Shown here: positions 51,215-64,000 of the stretch, one piece after another
How the letters are laid out: each line of letters begins with the position of its first letter
How positions within the stretch are numbered: the first letter of the stretch is position 1
DNA from: Sphagnum compactum
Taxonomy: Eukaryota
Direction: 5' to 3'
NCBI GenBank assembly: GCA_965153455.1
Contig: OZ234493.1
Location: 25,224,213-25,288,212, forward strand
Length of the DNA: 64,000 nucleotides
Made by a program: the position numbers and the translations under genes
Notes under the pieces: generated by a model
The model's input: only the letters and a program-made list of their open reading frames with translations
Database searches by the model: none
Told to the model about the DNA's origin: nothing

Positions 51215-54200
51215 TGTTACATTTTTCTAACATTAGTTCTGAAACATACAATTGGAAATGAAAATTTCAATATTTAGAATATCCAAAAGCACTTTTTAAG
51301 TGGTCTAATTAATTTATGCTTTTATAACTTATCCTAATAAAACTTTCAGAACATCAATCAATGAATGAGTTTGTTGAAACTTACTACTTAAAAAGTCCCT
51401 AATATAGCTCCCTTAACCTTCTGAAATTTCAATCCTCTTGAAAGTTTCGCAAATTTAGCTCTTGAAATTTTTCTTAAAAACTCCGAAAAAATAATTTGAA
51501 ATATCCTGAAATTCTACTGTATATATATATATACATACTGATTCCTGAACTTTTGAAAACATCCTAAAATCAAAATTTCAGAATATCAAAATTCCTAAAC
51601 TAGCAAAAGCACAAAAACCAGTTGGGCAGGTAGACAGATGAAATTGAAATTTAGGTCAGATGGTCTAAAGTTGCAAAAAGCTGTCCTATGTAGCGTAGTT
51701 GTCCTATGCACTTCAAGTTGTTGAGAAGGTTGTCTATAAGGGACTAGCACCTAAAACTGTCAGTGCACCCTAAACCAACATCTAGAAAGGTCTCATATTA
51801 CTATTCTAACGTGCTTTTAAGTGTTGTATGTTCAAGTGACTAAATCTTTCTTCAATATTTTAGTTTGACTTGGCTATTGAATTTTGAACATTGTGGCAAC
51901 AAATGTTTCAACTTGGGAGGTTTTGGGTTATCGAATGTGAAGACTTGTTGATCTTTGTGTGCTCTATCTCATAACCATGCAAAACAAAAGACACTTAAAC
52001 CATTATACAAAATCTATATCTTTGGTTTTTGTTTTTTTGTTTAAAGGCATATATCTATGCAATTGAATTTCATTAAACCAAGTTTTTTCCTTATGAAAGG
52101 CTAAAAGAGAACTAGTGTAATCTTGCAACCAAATGAAAACAAGCCACATGTCTAAACAAGGATTGTAACTTGGTAAACCCCATTAATTTCTCATTTTGAT
52201 TCTTTGAATGTGGGTTTTGTAGGATCTCTAGAAGGGTGTGCAACAATTTTTTCACAAAACTTTTCCTTTCTCTTTCAAAATGCACTACCCATAGAAACAA
52301 ACATAGTAAGATTCAAGACCACATTGGGTGATACAGTAGGTTCTATTGCATTTGGAGAATTGAAATTTGCATTATTATGAAAAGGATTGATGGCTACATA
52401 CGACTTAGAAAAAAGATGGAACTTGAAGTTCATTGGAACTTGAAAGGGTGGCATAGCCAAGAAACGAAACCTTAAAACAACTTAGGTATGCATTACATAC
52501 ATAAATGTTCGAGTATGAATGCTCAGGTATGCACAACAAACACAAATGTTTGATATGAACACTCATTTATGCATGATAGACACAAATGTTCAAGTTTTAG
52601 CACAATGCACTTACATTTTGTAAAAGAGTTAAATCGCACAACACACATGACTCACATAACATTCAAAAAACTTAAGTTTTAGAAAACATGTAGAACATTC
52701 ACAACATTTAGGATTCATAAATAGGTGGGATTGAACTCAAAAAAGATATTCAAATATGTGAGAAAAAAATTTATGAACATTGAATCGGTGAAGAACATGG
52801 ATTGTAAATGTGATGCCAAGTTTTCAAAACTTTGTACCATTGCAACTTGCAACATTCTAATCTCTAACGCATCGACATTCAAAAACCCATAGACATATTA
52901 TGTAATTGTTGATTACAATAAGAAAAATATCCAAGTTCATGCATACTTTCAAATGAGATAAGATGTTGGTACCTTGTCATTGTGTCACTCTAGACATTGA
53001 AAAAACCACATATAGCAAAAATTTGATCTTGGACGCAATATCACAAAATGATGCGATCAAAGGTGGGAATTGGAAGATCTGCAAAAAAAACATTTATGAG
53101 CTTTGGAGGCTTACTTTGATAAACAAAAAAGTTTTGCCCTTGTGGCATTCCTTCATTGCATTTGAACACCATTACAACTTGCCCAATTCGATTATTCAAA
53201 ACTAAATCTATCAAGGCACCCAAAAAAAATCTTATCATATTACAATACTAGACTTTTGAAATCCTAAATTAGTATTGAGACAAACCTTGTTCCTAATCTT
53301 TCATTAGTGTTGAGATCAAAGCCACACTTAGGGGAACACATCTTGCAATTCAAAATCCTTGAGGCCATTCATTAGGCAATTTTATTTGTTGTCATGTAAT
53401 AAAAATTTGCCACAAATGTTTTTTTTGGATTGTAATAGGTTTTAATTTTAAATTATTTATCCTAAATTTAAAATTACAATCCTAAATATATTTCAAATCC
53501 AATCCATTTTATGATCTATTTTGAGCACATATGGCCTTTGTTATAGGATCCTTTCTTTGACCATATTAATGTCCTTTTTTTTTTAAGGTTTGGGGCTGCT
53601 ACACTCACCATTCACAAGGGAATTTAATGACATTTTTTATTATTTTAATGAATTCATTATTAATTTTTTTAAAAAATAAATGAGTTTCAACTTGGGTTGA
53701 GTTTTTATTTGTTTTTAAGGGGAAAAATGAGTGTTTAAAAAAAACACAAAAAAAGAAAAAAAAAAGTTTGATTTACTCAATATCTTTATTTCGCTAGTTT
53801 TATGTGCTTTTATCTAAAATGTATTGACACTTGGAGTCACTTGTGAAGAGGTGGTTATGATGTAACTTCAAGTTGGAGGTTTAAAAAGGCCAACAATTAT
53901 GCAACTCGACCAAACTTGAAACAATGAAGTGAAAGAAGAAAAACAAAGTGCACAAATAATGTGGAAGAACCCTCTTCATAAATAGCTATTACCCATCGCA
54001 CCATTAGTTTGTTAATTCACTCAAGATAACTAAGAAAACAAATTCAAACCACAAAATCAAGCCATTCCATTGGCTAAAAAATTAATATTTAAGCCTACAT
54101 GCAACCCCATTACCTAATCACCTCTCCTATTCATTAGATGGATTGTGTTTCAAGTTCTATTTTCTTTTTGTTTTTTGCATCGGGCCATTTTGATTGGCCC

Positions 54201-54346
54201 ATCACCAAAAATAAAACTAAAACTTGGGAGGCTCCCCCAAAATAACAGTTTCTATGTGAGGATGGAGTGCTTCACCCTTGGCTTATTTATATAAAGTGGG
54301 AAGGGGACAACTTTGAGCAAAGGATATGAGATAAATCGAAGTGCTA

Positions 54347-54412
54347 TTGGGAACAACCTTGGGGAACATGTGAAGAATTTGGGGAACATAATGGGGGAAC
54401 TCATTGGGAACA
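54347..54412. repeat. Short ttgggaac/ggggaac repeat cluster (dispersed repeat body)
   Basis: Five (t/g)gggaac units within ~65 bp. Confidence 0.6.
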
Positions 54413-56588
54413 CAAGAATAGAAATTTCCATCTGCACCCAACCCTCCCCCCCAAATTCTTGTCAAATATTTTTGTGTAAAACAAAAGAAATTGGCCACTT
54501 GAATAATGAATACAACCAATTTACAATTTTTTTTATGAAAATTCAACTTAAATTAAAAATATTTAGAAAGAGGTTTTGGTTTCAGTTTATGTTTTAATTG
54601 GATATTAGTTCAAATGTTGATTCTGAGTTTGATTTTGATTCCAATTTTGCCAAAGTGTAGAATTACAATTTGGGAAACAAGAGTTGGCCCAACAACCAAA
54701 TGTAAAACTAACCCACCAACTAACATTTGTCTCTTACTTTGCAAAGGATTCAAAAAATGTTTTTGGAATGGTGAACAAAAAGGTTAAAGATGCAAGGTGG
54801 TGATAAATGTGAGAGGTTAACAACATTTGGACAAATTGCAATTGTTAGATTGATTTATTATGCCATATAATGCACCCAAGTCAAGTAAGGAGTTTTATTT
54901 TGGTCTAAATTTTCATGGTTACAAAATGCAATCCCCTAATGTACAAAATCAAGGTTCTCCCACTAAGATCAAAATTGAATCATGGCCAAACCTCCATATC
55001 TTTCAAAATATTTAAGTACCGACATCATGTATTTCCTAATACCACCCATTTGAATGTGTTCCATTATAGTATAATTAATATTTGTTTCCAATATTTCATG
55101 ATATAATTATACACACTAATATAATCACATATGATCATTTAAGATTATGACCGTTGTTTTTTTTTTTTTTAATGTGAAATTTTGTCAAAACACAAAAAAT
55201 AAAAATGGAAAGTGAATATTCTATCACAATAATCTCATTTTTATTTTTAAAATCACCAAATTTGAAAGAAAAATAAATTGATCACATTTGGACTTTGATT
55301 TTAGTTCATTTAAAAAATTAGTTTTAAACTATTTAGATAGGTTCTAAGAACATGTGACCATTTAATGTTAAATCCCTCTTTCAAATGGTGGCCAACATGA
55401 CACAACATTATAAAATTGAAAAAAAAAATCCCAAAGTGTGACTTGATTGATGAACTAGTAAGAAAATGGACCCTTTAATGACATATGTGATATTTGTTAA
55501 AACAAGGTTTTACATTGCACATCAATCAATCTTTAACCATTAACCCTTGCATGATGTTTTTGGCATTATAAACTCAATTTTCAAGATAGACAATAAATTT
55601 CCAAAAATTTCAAATTGTTTCATTGAGCAATCAAGGTAAGCATGTGCAAGATTTGTTCAAATAAAAATGAACCTTAGATTTAATCATATTTATGAAAAAT
55701 TTAGTGATCTTATGAACATAAATTTTTTCATCCTTGTTATGGACAACATCCTTAATATCATAATAGTACCCAACTATTACATTAAAGGTGATAATAGTGA
55801 TTCATAGAGATGTGAAATTTTATTTTTAACCTTCATATATGTATTTGTTTTTCTAGCTTGAATTTAAACCAAACCACATTCCCTTAAAATGATTTGGTTT
55901 AAGAGAATTTTAAAACATGTTTTTAAAACACCTTTGACTTTGTCATACCTTTTATGTTTTTAAAAAATAAACTTTTTGGGTTGGGATATAGATGGAATTT
56001 AAAAGCCAAGTGTGAATGATTATTATTTGAAAATTTTGTTGCTTGGATCCATTGTAAAACAACCTAGACTTGAATTTTTTTGACACTTGCAATAACCCCA
56101 TTGAAAAGGTGAAGGATGTTTCAAAAAGCATGCACATAATGTGAATTGAAGAAAAAGGTGAGCCCTAGATCACTTATGATGTATATACACAATTAAAAAT
56201 GACCTAAAATGTGAAAGATGGATTGCATATTACAAACAAATGATTAAATGAACAAAAAGGTGAATGATGACTTGCAACCCAATGTAAACACAATCATAAA
56301 ATGGTCAAAAGAAGATAGACAACTTAAGAACCACACATGTACCAATATATTAGTGATAAAGTGAAAAATGGTTGGGATGTTACAACCCTAGCCTTGGGTT
56401 CACAATCAAGATTGCGACAAAGATAAAAAAACATTTTGAAAGCAAGTTTAAGACATGGTGAGCATGATGCTCTCATTCAAATGATAATGAAAATGTTTAC
56501 AAGTCAAAAATTGGTTCCCAAATTCAATTCTTAGTTTGGAAGTTGGGAATCACAATGCAAGTCTTGAATCTTTGGGACAAGTTTGGAC

Positions 56589-59500
56589 CAATGTTGTGTG
56601 AGTATATTCATTACCCAAACATACCCATTGGGTATATGTGTTTATTGATATAATTTCATTTATTTTTATTTTTTTGGACATACTCTAAACTTATGTTTAC
56701 CTTTTTTTCACATGGAGGGATTTTTAGACCTTTTTCACCCATTTTGCACATGTTTGATTTATGCATATTTGGCAATGGTTTTAATTTAGGTTTTTTTTCA
56801 TAGCGTATAAAATTTTTATATCTTTATTTAACTTATACATTACCCAAATATAAGTTAAAACGTAACTCTATTTATAACCCTAAAACTAAAACCTACTATT
56901 CCATTTGCATTAGACCTTTCATTTAAGGTTTATGATGTCATTTGTTGTTTCTATTTACATTTTTCAAATTTTCTTACCATTTTACATTTCCTTTTGGCAT
57001 TTTGCAATTTGTTTTGAAGTGAAAATGTGAATCAAACCCTTGCTTTTTGAAGAGTTTGATGTTCAATCAAAGTGAAATGCCATTGCCAATTAATGTTGTT
57101 GTTGCAAGTTCTTCCTCTAACAAGCTTGTAATCATGATTGCACCAAAAGCTTTTGAGGTCAAACTCCAAAATCAATTAGTGCTTTGTGTCAACAAGAATT
57201 GTTTTGGATTCATTGGAGTTGCAAGTCTAGTCAATGGACATTTTACAAACCAAATGCCAACGACCCTATTACACTTGAAAGTGAGCATATTCTTTGTTGT
57301 ATCTTTTGCCATTCTTTTGCTTTTAGTGGTAGTGATTTATGATTAAAAAAATTCGGGCAAAAAATGTTTAATCTCTTATAAAATGAATAATGGGACTTTA
57401 ACCATGAAAGAACAAGTTGAATGTGAGCATTTCAATATTGGTGATAAGAATTCAAATGAGGTTGCACAAATACAAGTTTCATCATGAAAGTTTTTTAAAA
57501 TCAAGATTAGAGTTTCAAGATTTAGAAATTCACTCTAGGTTCCACTTTCACAATTTTTTGGGAATATCTCACCATATAAAGAAGGTGAAAAGTCACATAG
57601 AGCTTTGATTGATGATTTTGTTTTGCTTCTTGTGAAAGGGTTATTCCCTTCAAGTATGGTTTAAAACCTAAGATGAGGCAATTTTCTTTGGGCATGGTGT
57701 GTGCATCATGTAGAACTTTAAATGAAGAGGCATTATTTTCTATGATGAAGTGTACACTTGAAGAATTTTTTTCCTTGATGTGAATGTTGTAGCTTTAGTC
57801 ACAACTACATTCAACCCTTGGATAAAAAAGGTGTGCTTCACACTTTCACTCTTATGATTAATTTCCTAACTTTGGATTGGGAATCAAACACACAAAAAAT
57901 GAATTTTTTGAATGAAAGAAATTATGGGAGTTGATCTTGCTAATCAATTGTAGGTTTTGTTTGATCAACGAATATGGTCTAACAAACAAAACCATATGTT
58001 ATGTGTAAAAAGGAAGGACAAATTTATTTACAATGACAAATGCATTCAAATCAATTGTGAGTTTTGTTGATTTGGGGATTCATGAATCATTTGAAGCTGT
58101 TTGTTTTGGCTTTGCCTTTTTGAAAGCTTGGCACTATTGACAAAAATATGAGTTATAACTTGTAGTTAGTGAATATCCAAACTACCCAATTTGCAATTTT
58201 GTTTTGTATAAACATGGCAAAAAAATGTGAGGAATGTAAGGTGAAATGGACAAGTTGCAATTAATGTGTATTATAATCATCAAACATTGGCTTTGGAAAG
58301 AAAAATTCCAATGGCATAAATTTGGGCCATTGCAAAAGTTGTCACGTCAATTTTGCCTTTGATTGTATCATGCTGCATGTTCAATCAATGCCACAATTAT
58401 TGATTTTTTTGTATTGCAATTACAAATGTGATTAACCTTAACATGACATTAACTTTGGAGATCTTTTACTTATAATATTTTAGATTTATATTCCCCAAGT
58501 TAAATTTAATGTGAAAATTGTTGATGTTAACAAGTAGGATTTGTGATTAGAAGTCACACATGTGTTTGTTCCATTTTTGGATTTTATTGATAAATTTGAC
58601 CAAAAGAGTGCTTGCATGATGTTGGTTTTAATGTTTGACCCCAAATTATTTAAATATATATCCATAATGAACAATAATGTGGGAAGATAAAAAGCCACAT
58701 TTGTAATAAAAATGAATGATTTTAGAACCGTAATCCCCTTTTTGAACTTTGTTTACCAAAACAATCCATCATATTGTAAATCCAACAACAAAATATATTG
58801 CCAAAAAACCATTGCATTTTAGTATAGTCAAGGATGTAAGTTATGTTCCCAATTTTGTGAGTTTCTATTCCTGACTAATTTTTTTTTTAAATTGTCAGTT
58901 TTTGATAACAACTCAATTCATTTCCCCCCTTGTTTTAATTTTGTTGTTGGTTTGATTGATATGTAATACAAAGCTGGTGTGTCCTAAATTTGTTTATATC
59001 TGAATGTAAGTAAAATGCAATTTATCTTGTTTTCAAAAAGAATTGTTGGCTTATTTTGTGAAGATCCACTAAAGTAGTTGAAAGCAAATGAGGTTCAATT
59101 TTCTAATATTAGGTATTTGGTTCATCAAACTTTAGGTATCATAGGCAATCAAATTGAAGCCAAGCAAATTTTTTTGTAGTGTTGGGATTTTGATAGGGCT
59201 TTATAGATGCCAACTTGGAGCTTTGAATCTAAATAAACTTGTGTTGGTTTCCCAAAACTTTCCAAGTTTTCCCCACTTTAGTATAGAAGAAAATGCAAAT
59301 GAGTCCCTTGATGATTTTGGGGATTGTGAGGCTGATGGAGTAGGTGGAATTTTTTTTGAAGACCATGTAGAAGATTTTGTTGATTCTGATGACGGGGTAA
59401 AAATTCATTTAAACATGTGCATTATATATGTGTGGCAACTACAATTAATTTCGTATTACATTTCATTTTTTCATTGTGTTGTTTTCTTGGATTTTTTTGT

Positions 59501-60518
59501 GCCATGTGATTAAGTTTGCAAGTGATGAATTAACAATTTGTTATAGGTGGTCTTTAGTTTTGTTGGCATGTCAAAAGGTTATTCAACCCATACACCCGTA
59601 AACTTGGGTAGATAAGTGAGAGATGATGATTTGTGAGAAGAAAACGATGACTATTTCTTAAGTCTATTTGGGATTTAGAGGATCTCATGTTTCTACGGGT
59701 GGACACTAGTGTTCCAAATTAATGGTTCCTTGGGCATTCACTTTGTGATTATGTTTGGTTTGGGGGTTATGGGTGTTGGGTCAACAAACACGAGCATGTT
59801 AATCAATCCCAAAAACTAAATGAATTTTGATGCACAAAAGCCTTGCAAGACTTTATGTGTGTATGATTGGTATAGGAAATTTGTCTTCGATAGGAGATGT
59901 TGGATTTCATTAAATAATTCGGATTAACATTGGATCCACATATGAGATAAGATTTACATTGACAATCCAAAATCTAAACAACCTCCATTTGGAAAAGAAA
60001 ACAGTGTAATGAATTGAATCCAAAATGTGGACTTTTTTTCCTTATTAAAATGAAATTAAGAAAAACCCTGATTTTTACCTTACAATAGGGTAATACATGA
60101 TCAGTGGAGTACTTGGACCTTACCTTAAATCTAAAATTAAAAATAAAAATATTTGGACTTTACCTGAATTTTTAAAGAATGATAGGCAATATATATTTAT
60201 CTTAAGGGTAAGTTCTCTAAGAATAATTATGTAACTTCTTCCATGAATATATTGTACCTACAACTCATGTTTCACACTTCTTTGTCGAACATTTATTTGT
60301 TCAGCAAAACAAGGTTTGAAAGTTTGAAAGTGAATTTCTCAAAATTTGAACAATTGAAGAATAAATGTGCCAAATACATTTTGTGTTGTGCATTTGTAAA
60401 TAGTAACCCAACGGTTTTCAATTTTCAATCTTTTTTTTCCTAACTAAGCCTTTTGTAAATTATTTTTGTGTTGAACATTAGTTGGAAGTATAATGTCAAA
60501 AATACCCACACAACATTT
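56589..60518 (+). mobile_element. Full-length but decayed hAT DNA transposon with TIRs and 8-bp TSD
   Basis: Left TIR caatgttgtgtgagtat (56589), right TIR atacccacacaacattt (to 60518), flanked by gtttggac (56581-56588) and gtttggat (60519-60526). Internal remnants MLVLMFDP and the hAT dimerisation-like DPLK*LKANEVQFSNIRYLVHQTLGIIGNQIEA../..VGILIGLYRCQLGALNLNKLVLVSQNFP (~59063-59264). Confidence 0.85.
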
Positions 60519-61170
60519 GTTTGGATATGCAAGCCTCGTCCAAAATCAAATGAACTATAATTCATTAAATGTTTCTTTGAAAAGGGCTACAACAAGTTGG
60601 GCTTACGTTACCAAAATAAAATTGTTTCATGAAGGTTATGTCCATCATAAGAATTAATAGAAAAAATTCCATAGAGAGTCACAACCACTCAAATGTCAAT
60701 TTAGTGATGTAGATGATATTTGATTGAGGAGATTGACATGGTGTTATGGTTTTAGAGTTTGACCCACCTTCGATTAGACACGATCACAAAAATGAATGAA
60801 AATGTTTAATAAAAATTAACATGTGAAGGTGAAGGATGCTTGGCTCATCGTGTAATGAACTTTCTCCTTGACCTTCTTTTTTGCTTCCTCTTACTTGGGT
60901 AGAAATCCATTACAATGGACTTTGAAGGAGATCACGATGCCCAATTTTGTGGGTGCAACAAGTAATTGCATAGAACCCAAAAGAAATATGAAATAGGTTG
61001 CAACCAAAAAAGAAAAAGGAAATAAATTAAATTAAATTAATAACACACAATGAACATTGATGAATAAATTAGAGCCATGCCACCCACCAAAGTTGAAATA
61101 AATGAGGACAACTAAAAAAATGAAGGTAGCGAGTTGTGTATCAAAGTTAACATCATACTTGATTGAGGGG

Positions 61171-61202
61171 TAAACCCTAAACCCTTTTGTAAACCCTAAA
61201 CC
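61171..61202. repeat. Short interstitial plant telomere-like (CCCTAAA) motifs
   Basis: taaaccctaaaccc-ttttg-taaaccctaaacc. Confidence 0.5.
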
Positions 61203-61575
61203 ATCGTTTATACCGAGTCAAGTTCTCTTGGGATTTAAAAAATAAAATAAATTAGTGTTTCATGGGTTTGTAATTAAGTGGCAAAATCCTTTGACCTTTT
61301 GCTCTTAGAAAGGACCCCATCATCATCATCCATGGGCCTAGAAAAGGGTCCCCAAAGAAAGCTTGTGAGAATTAGTCCAAGCTGATTTTGGGGTAAGGAG
61401 TACAAACTACAAACCTTGTCCTAAACCTCTTCCTTCAAAGTATGACTCTGTCTACCAGGTACACATATTACACACACACCCCAACACTCCGGGATGAGAG
61501 TGATGAGGGTCCCCTCCGCGACATCCTTTGTGTTGTGGATTACCCCGGGAAATGGCAATAGAGCTTTTCTCATTC

Positions 61576-61828
61576 AGAGCAACTCCAACAATGCTGCAAT
61601 TGTATTCTATTGATTCAAAAAGAGAAAATTTTTAATTAATTTTTTTTAAAAAAATCACCCATTTCAAAGCAAGGATGAAATGCACTATATTTGAGGCGAT
61701 ATTCATATATCTATCACATTAAAATGTAATGTATTGTTTATCCCTTCCTTACTCTTAAATAATAAATATTGGAAATATACATTGTGTAATATCAATAATA
61801 ATTTTACTATTGCCATTGGAGATGCTCT
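61576..61828. mobile_element. Tourist-like MITE (GAGCA(A/T)CTCCAA TIRs)
   Basis: agagcaactccaa ... ttggagatgctct around an AT-rich interior. Another ggagatgctct half-site lies at ~62044. Confidence 0.7.
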
Positions 61829-63495
61829 TAATTAAGCTAATCTCCTTCATTAACCAATGACCAAGACCTCCATAATTTGATCTATAAGGTGTTTGTTGTT
61901 GATCATGTACTAGTTAAGGGGACACCCAAGGCGAATTCGCAGTTCCAGTTACAGTTTTATTGGCGGGGTTGCCGAAAAAAAAAACAAGCAGCTAAACTTA
62001 GACATTTGATTTTATTATCCAGAGTGACATACTGAGCACCGGTGGAGATGCTCTCTGGTACTGATTACTAACTCATAATAAGGGATTGAAAACTAATTGG
62101 GGACAAACATGTAAGCTATCCATATATGACAGTTGGTGTAGAGTATCCATGTTCAATTTTCCTTGGCATTATTTCATTCTAGACCTATTCATGGACCCCA
62201 ATCTCAATGAGGATTTGGGTATTGGGCCCCAGCTTTTTTTGAATTCTCAAATTTCAATTGGGCCGACCATTCCCATCAAACCCAACAAAATTGTGCGGTA
62301 GGTTTGTCCCGGACCCCACAATTTGAAACTCCCTTGGTTCACTCACCTTGACCACCCCCATCCCTCCGTCTCTTTCTCTCTCTCTCTTTCTCCGGGGGCA
62401 TCAAGGTCCTCCTCATATGTCCAAAATTATTTTGTGCAACATGTGACAAATAGCTCACATAAGTGTGCTCTTGCACCTCTTTCACCTCTTCTCTTATTGT
62501 TTTTCTTCACCTCCGTCTCGGTATCTTTCTTGGACAAATTTTGTCCTTTTTTTGAGGGTATTTTTGTGGGAAGGTTTGGCTAAATGGTTTTTCTCCTAAT
62601 TTACTCAATTAAATTTTTGGGTAAAATTGGTTGTTGTGCATAAGGGTCAGTTCTCCACTACTAGTTTTGAGAACTTGAGGTAGTAAGGTAGGTTCAAGGG
62701 TTTGGTTTATTTTATTTTATTTTATTGTTAAAATAAATTTTTTTTTTTTTCATGACCATATTTTCAAGAGTAAGGTTACATAACTATGTTGATAAACATT
62801 GGTGTGGCCACATGGGGGAGGGGAGGGGGTTGCTTAGTATCTTCATCTTCTTTTAGTGACCATACTTAACCCATGAAATGTTAAATTTGGATTTAGAGAG
62901 CATAATTTAGGTTTAGGATGAGATATTTACTAATGTTGCCAAGTTCTTGATTTCAAAAGGCAACTTTAGTCTCAATTATTACTAATTTTTGTTTTGGGTG
63001 GAACCTTTGATCTAGTCTTGAGTTTAGTTTTTTTTAAAAATTAAACCTTAGGTTTTGATTTTTTCACAAAAAATTTAGAATCAGTCCAATTTAAGATTAG
63101 GTTTAGTTCCAACTTCATTATACATAATGATTTATAATTTTTTCAGCAATATTATTTTTTTCAACAAGTACACAAAGTTCAAGATAAAAATTATGTAATA
63201 TTAATGATGTATAACCAACCAAATGGAATAACTTGCTTAAAAAATGTAGGGTCAAGCTTATATATACACTTATCTAATTAAAGAACTTGAATCAATTTAG
63301 AACATGACAACAAACTTTAAAACTTGACTTATAACTTGGATCCAAACTTATGTAAATCCCAAAACCGGGGAATGAGAATATAGACCTACATTTGCAAACA
63401 TTGACAAAAACATGTACATTATTTCTTCTCTTGGAATTGTCTTGCGTCTTGACCCAATATCTTTATGGAGATGTCAATTAAGACTTGTTATATAT

Positions 63496-64000
63496 CAATG
63501 TTGTGTGGGTATTTATTTTTAACATGACATACGATTTTGGGTATTTTATATTTTATAACTTTGGTTACTTTTATGAACAAGGTGTTAAATTAAATATTTT
63601 TAAAAAACCTCCATGTTTGGTTTTTTTTTTTTTTTTTTTTTTCAAATTATGGCAAGTATCGGGGTATAAGGTTATTAAAGTGAATGCGATTTTGGATATG
63701 GTTAAGATTTAGGGTTATGATTTCAAGAAAAGCGCATACAATTGAAAAATCAAAAAAATAAAAATAAAAATTGAAGCTCAAACAAACAAAAATTGAAACA
63801 CATATACCAAAAAGGATCAAATTGACAAAAACCAAAGTTCACAACTTATACATAAAGAAGAAATTTAAACACACAAACTCAAAGTGATGGAAGAAATCTT
63901 AAATCTCAATAGTATTAATTCAAAACATTGAAACTTGAGGAGATCTCTGAGGTTTTCCTCATAAAAAATACATGGATAAAAAGTTTTGGGTTTTACCTTG
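63496..64000 (+). mobile_element. Left end of a second element of the same hAT family, running off the window
   Basis: caatgttgtgtgggtat at 63496-63512 matches the TIR of the 56589-60518 element. Confidence 0.55.

Noticed and set aside
52100..53250. Possible additional transposase or helicase remnant
   Set aside because: Too decayed to assign by eye.
61171..61202. Chromosome end or fusion site
   Set aside because: Only about four partial CCCTAAA units; such short motifs are common interstitially.

Overview
Eukaryotic, AT-rich land-plant genomic DNA. It is most likely a moss such as Sphagnum, inferred from the hydrolase-NLR architecture and the style of the PPR and transposon remnants. Two genes look intact: an FCS-like zinc-finger (FLZ/DUF581) gene (10027-11454, 2 coding exons, 373 aa) and an AP-2 adaptor alpha-subunit gene (34064-45930, 27 coding exons that I spliced by hand to 1014 aa). 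The window starts inside a disabled alpha/beta-hydrolase-NB-ARC-LRR (HNL-type) immune receptor gene. Its LRR region is a ~20 x 72-bp near-identical tandem array with variation concentrated in the xxLxLxx codons. The rest is a transposon and pseudogene graveyard: a decayed hAT with TIRs and an 8-bp TSD, a second hAT-like transposase remnant, gypsy and LINE remnants, two probable non-autonomous Helitrons, several MITE/foldback hairpins, a PLS-PPR pseudogene, small gene remnants and low-complexity satellites. I saw no rRNA, tRNA or CRISPR. I found no clearly new biological system. The best leads are the hydrolase-NLR with its self-homogenising LRR array, the purine-rich splice acceptors in the AP-2 alpha gene and a ~600-bp foldback upstream of it.
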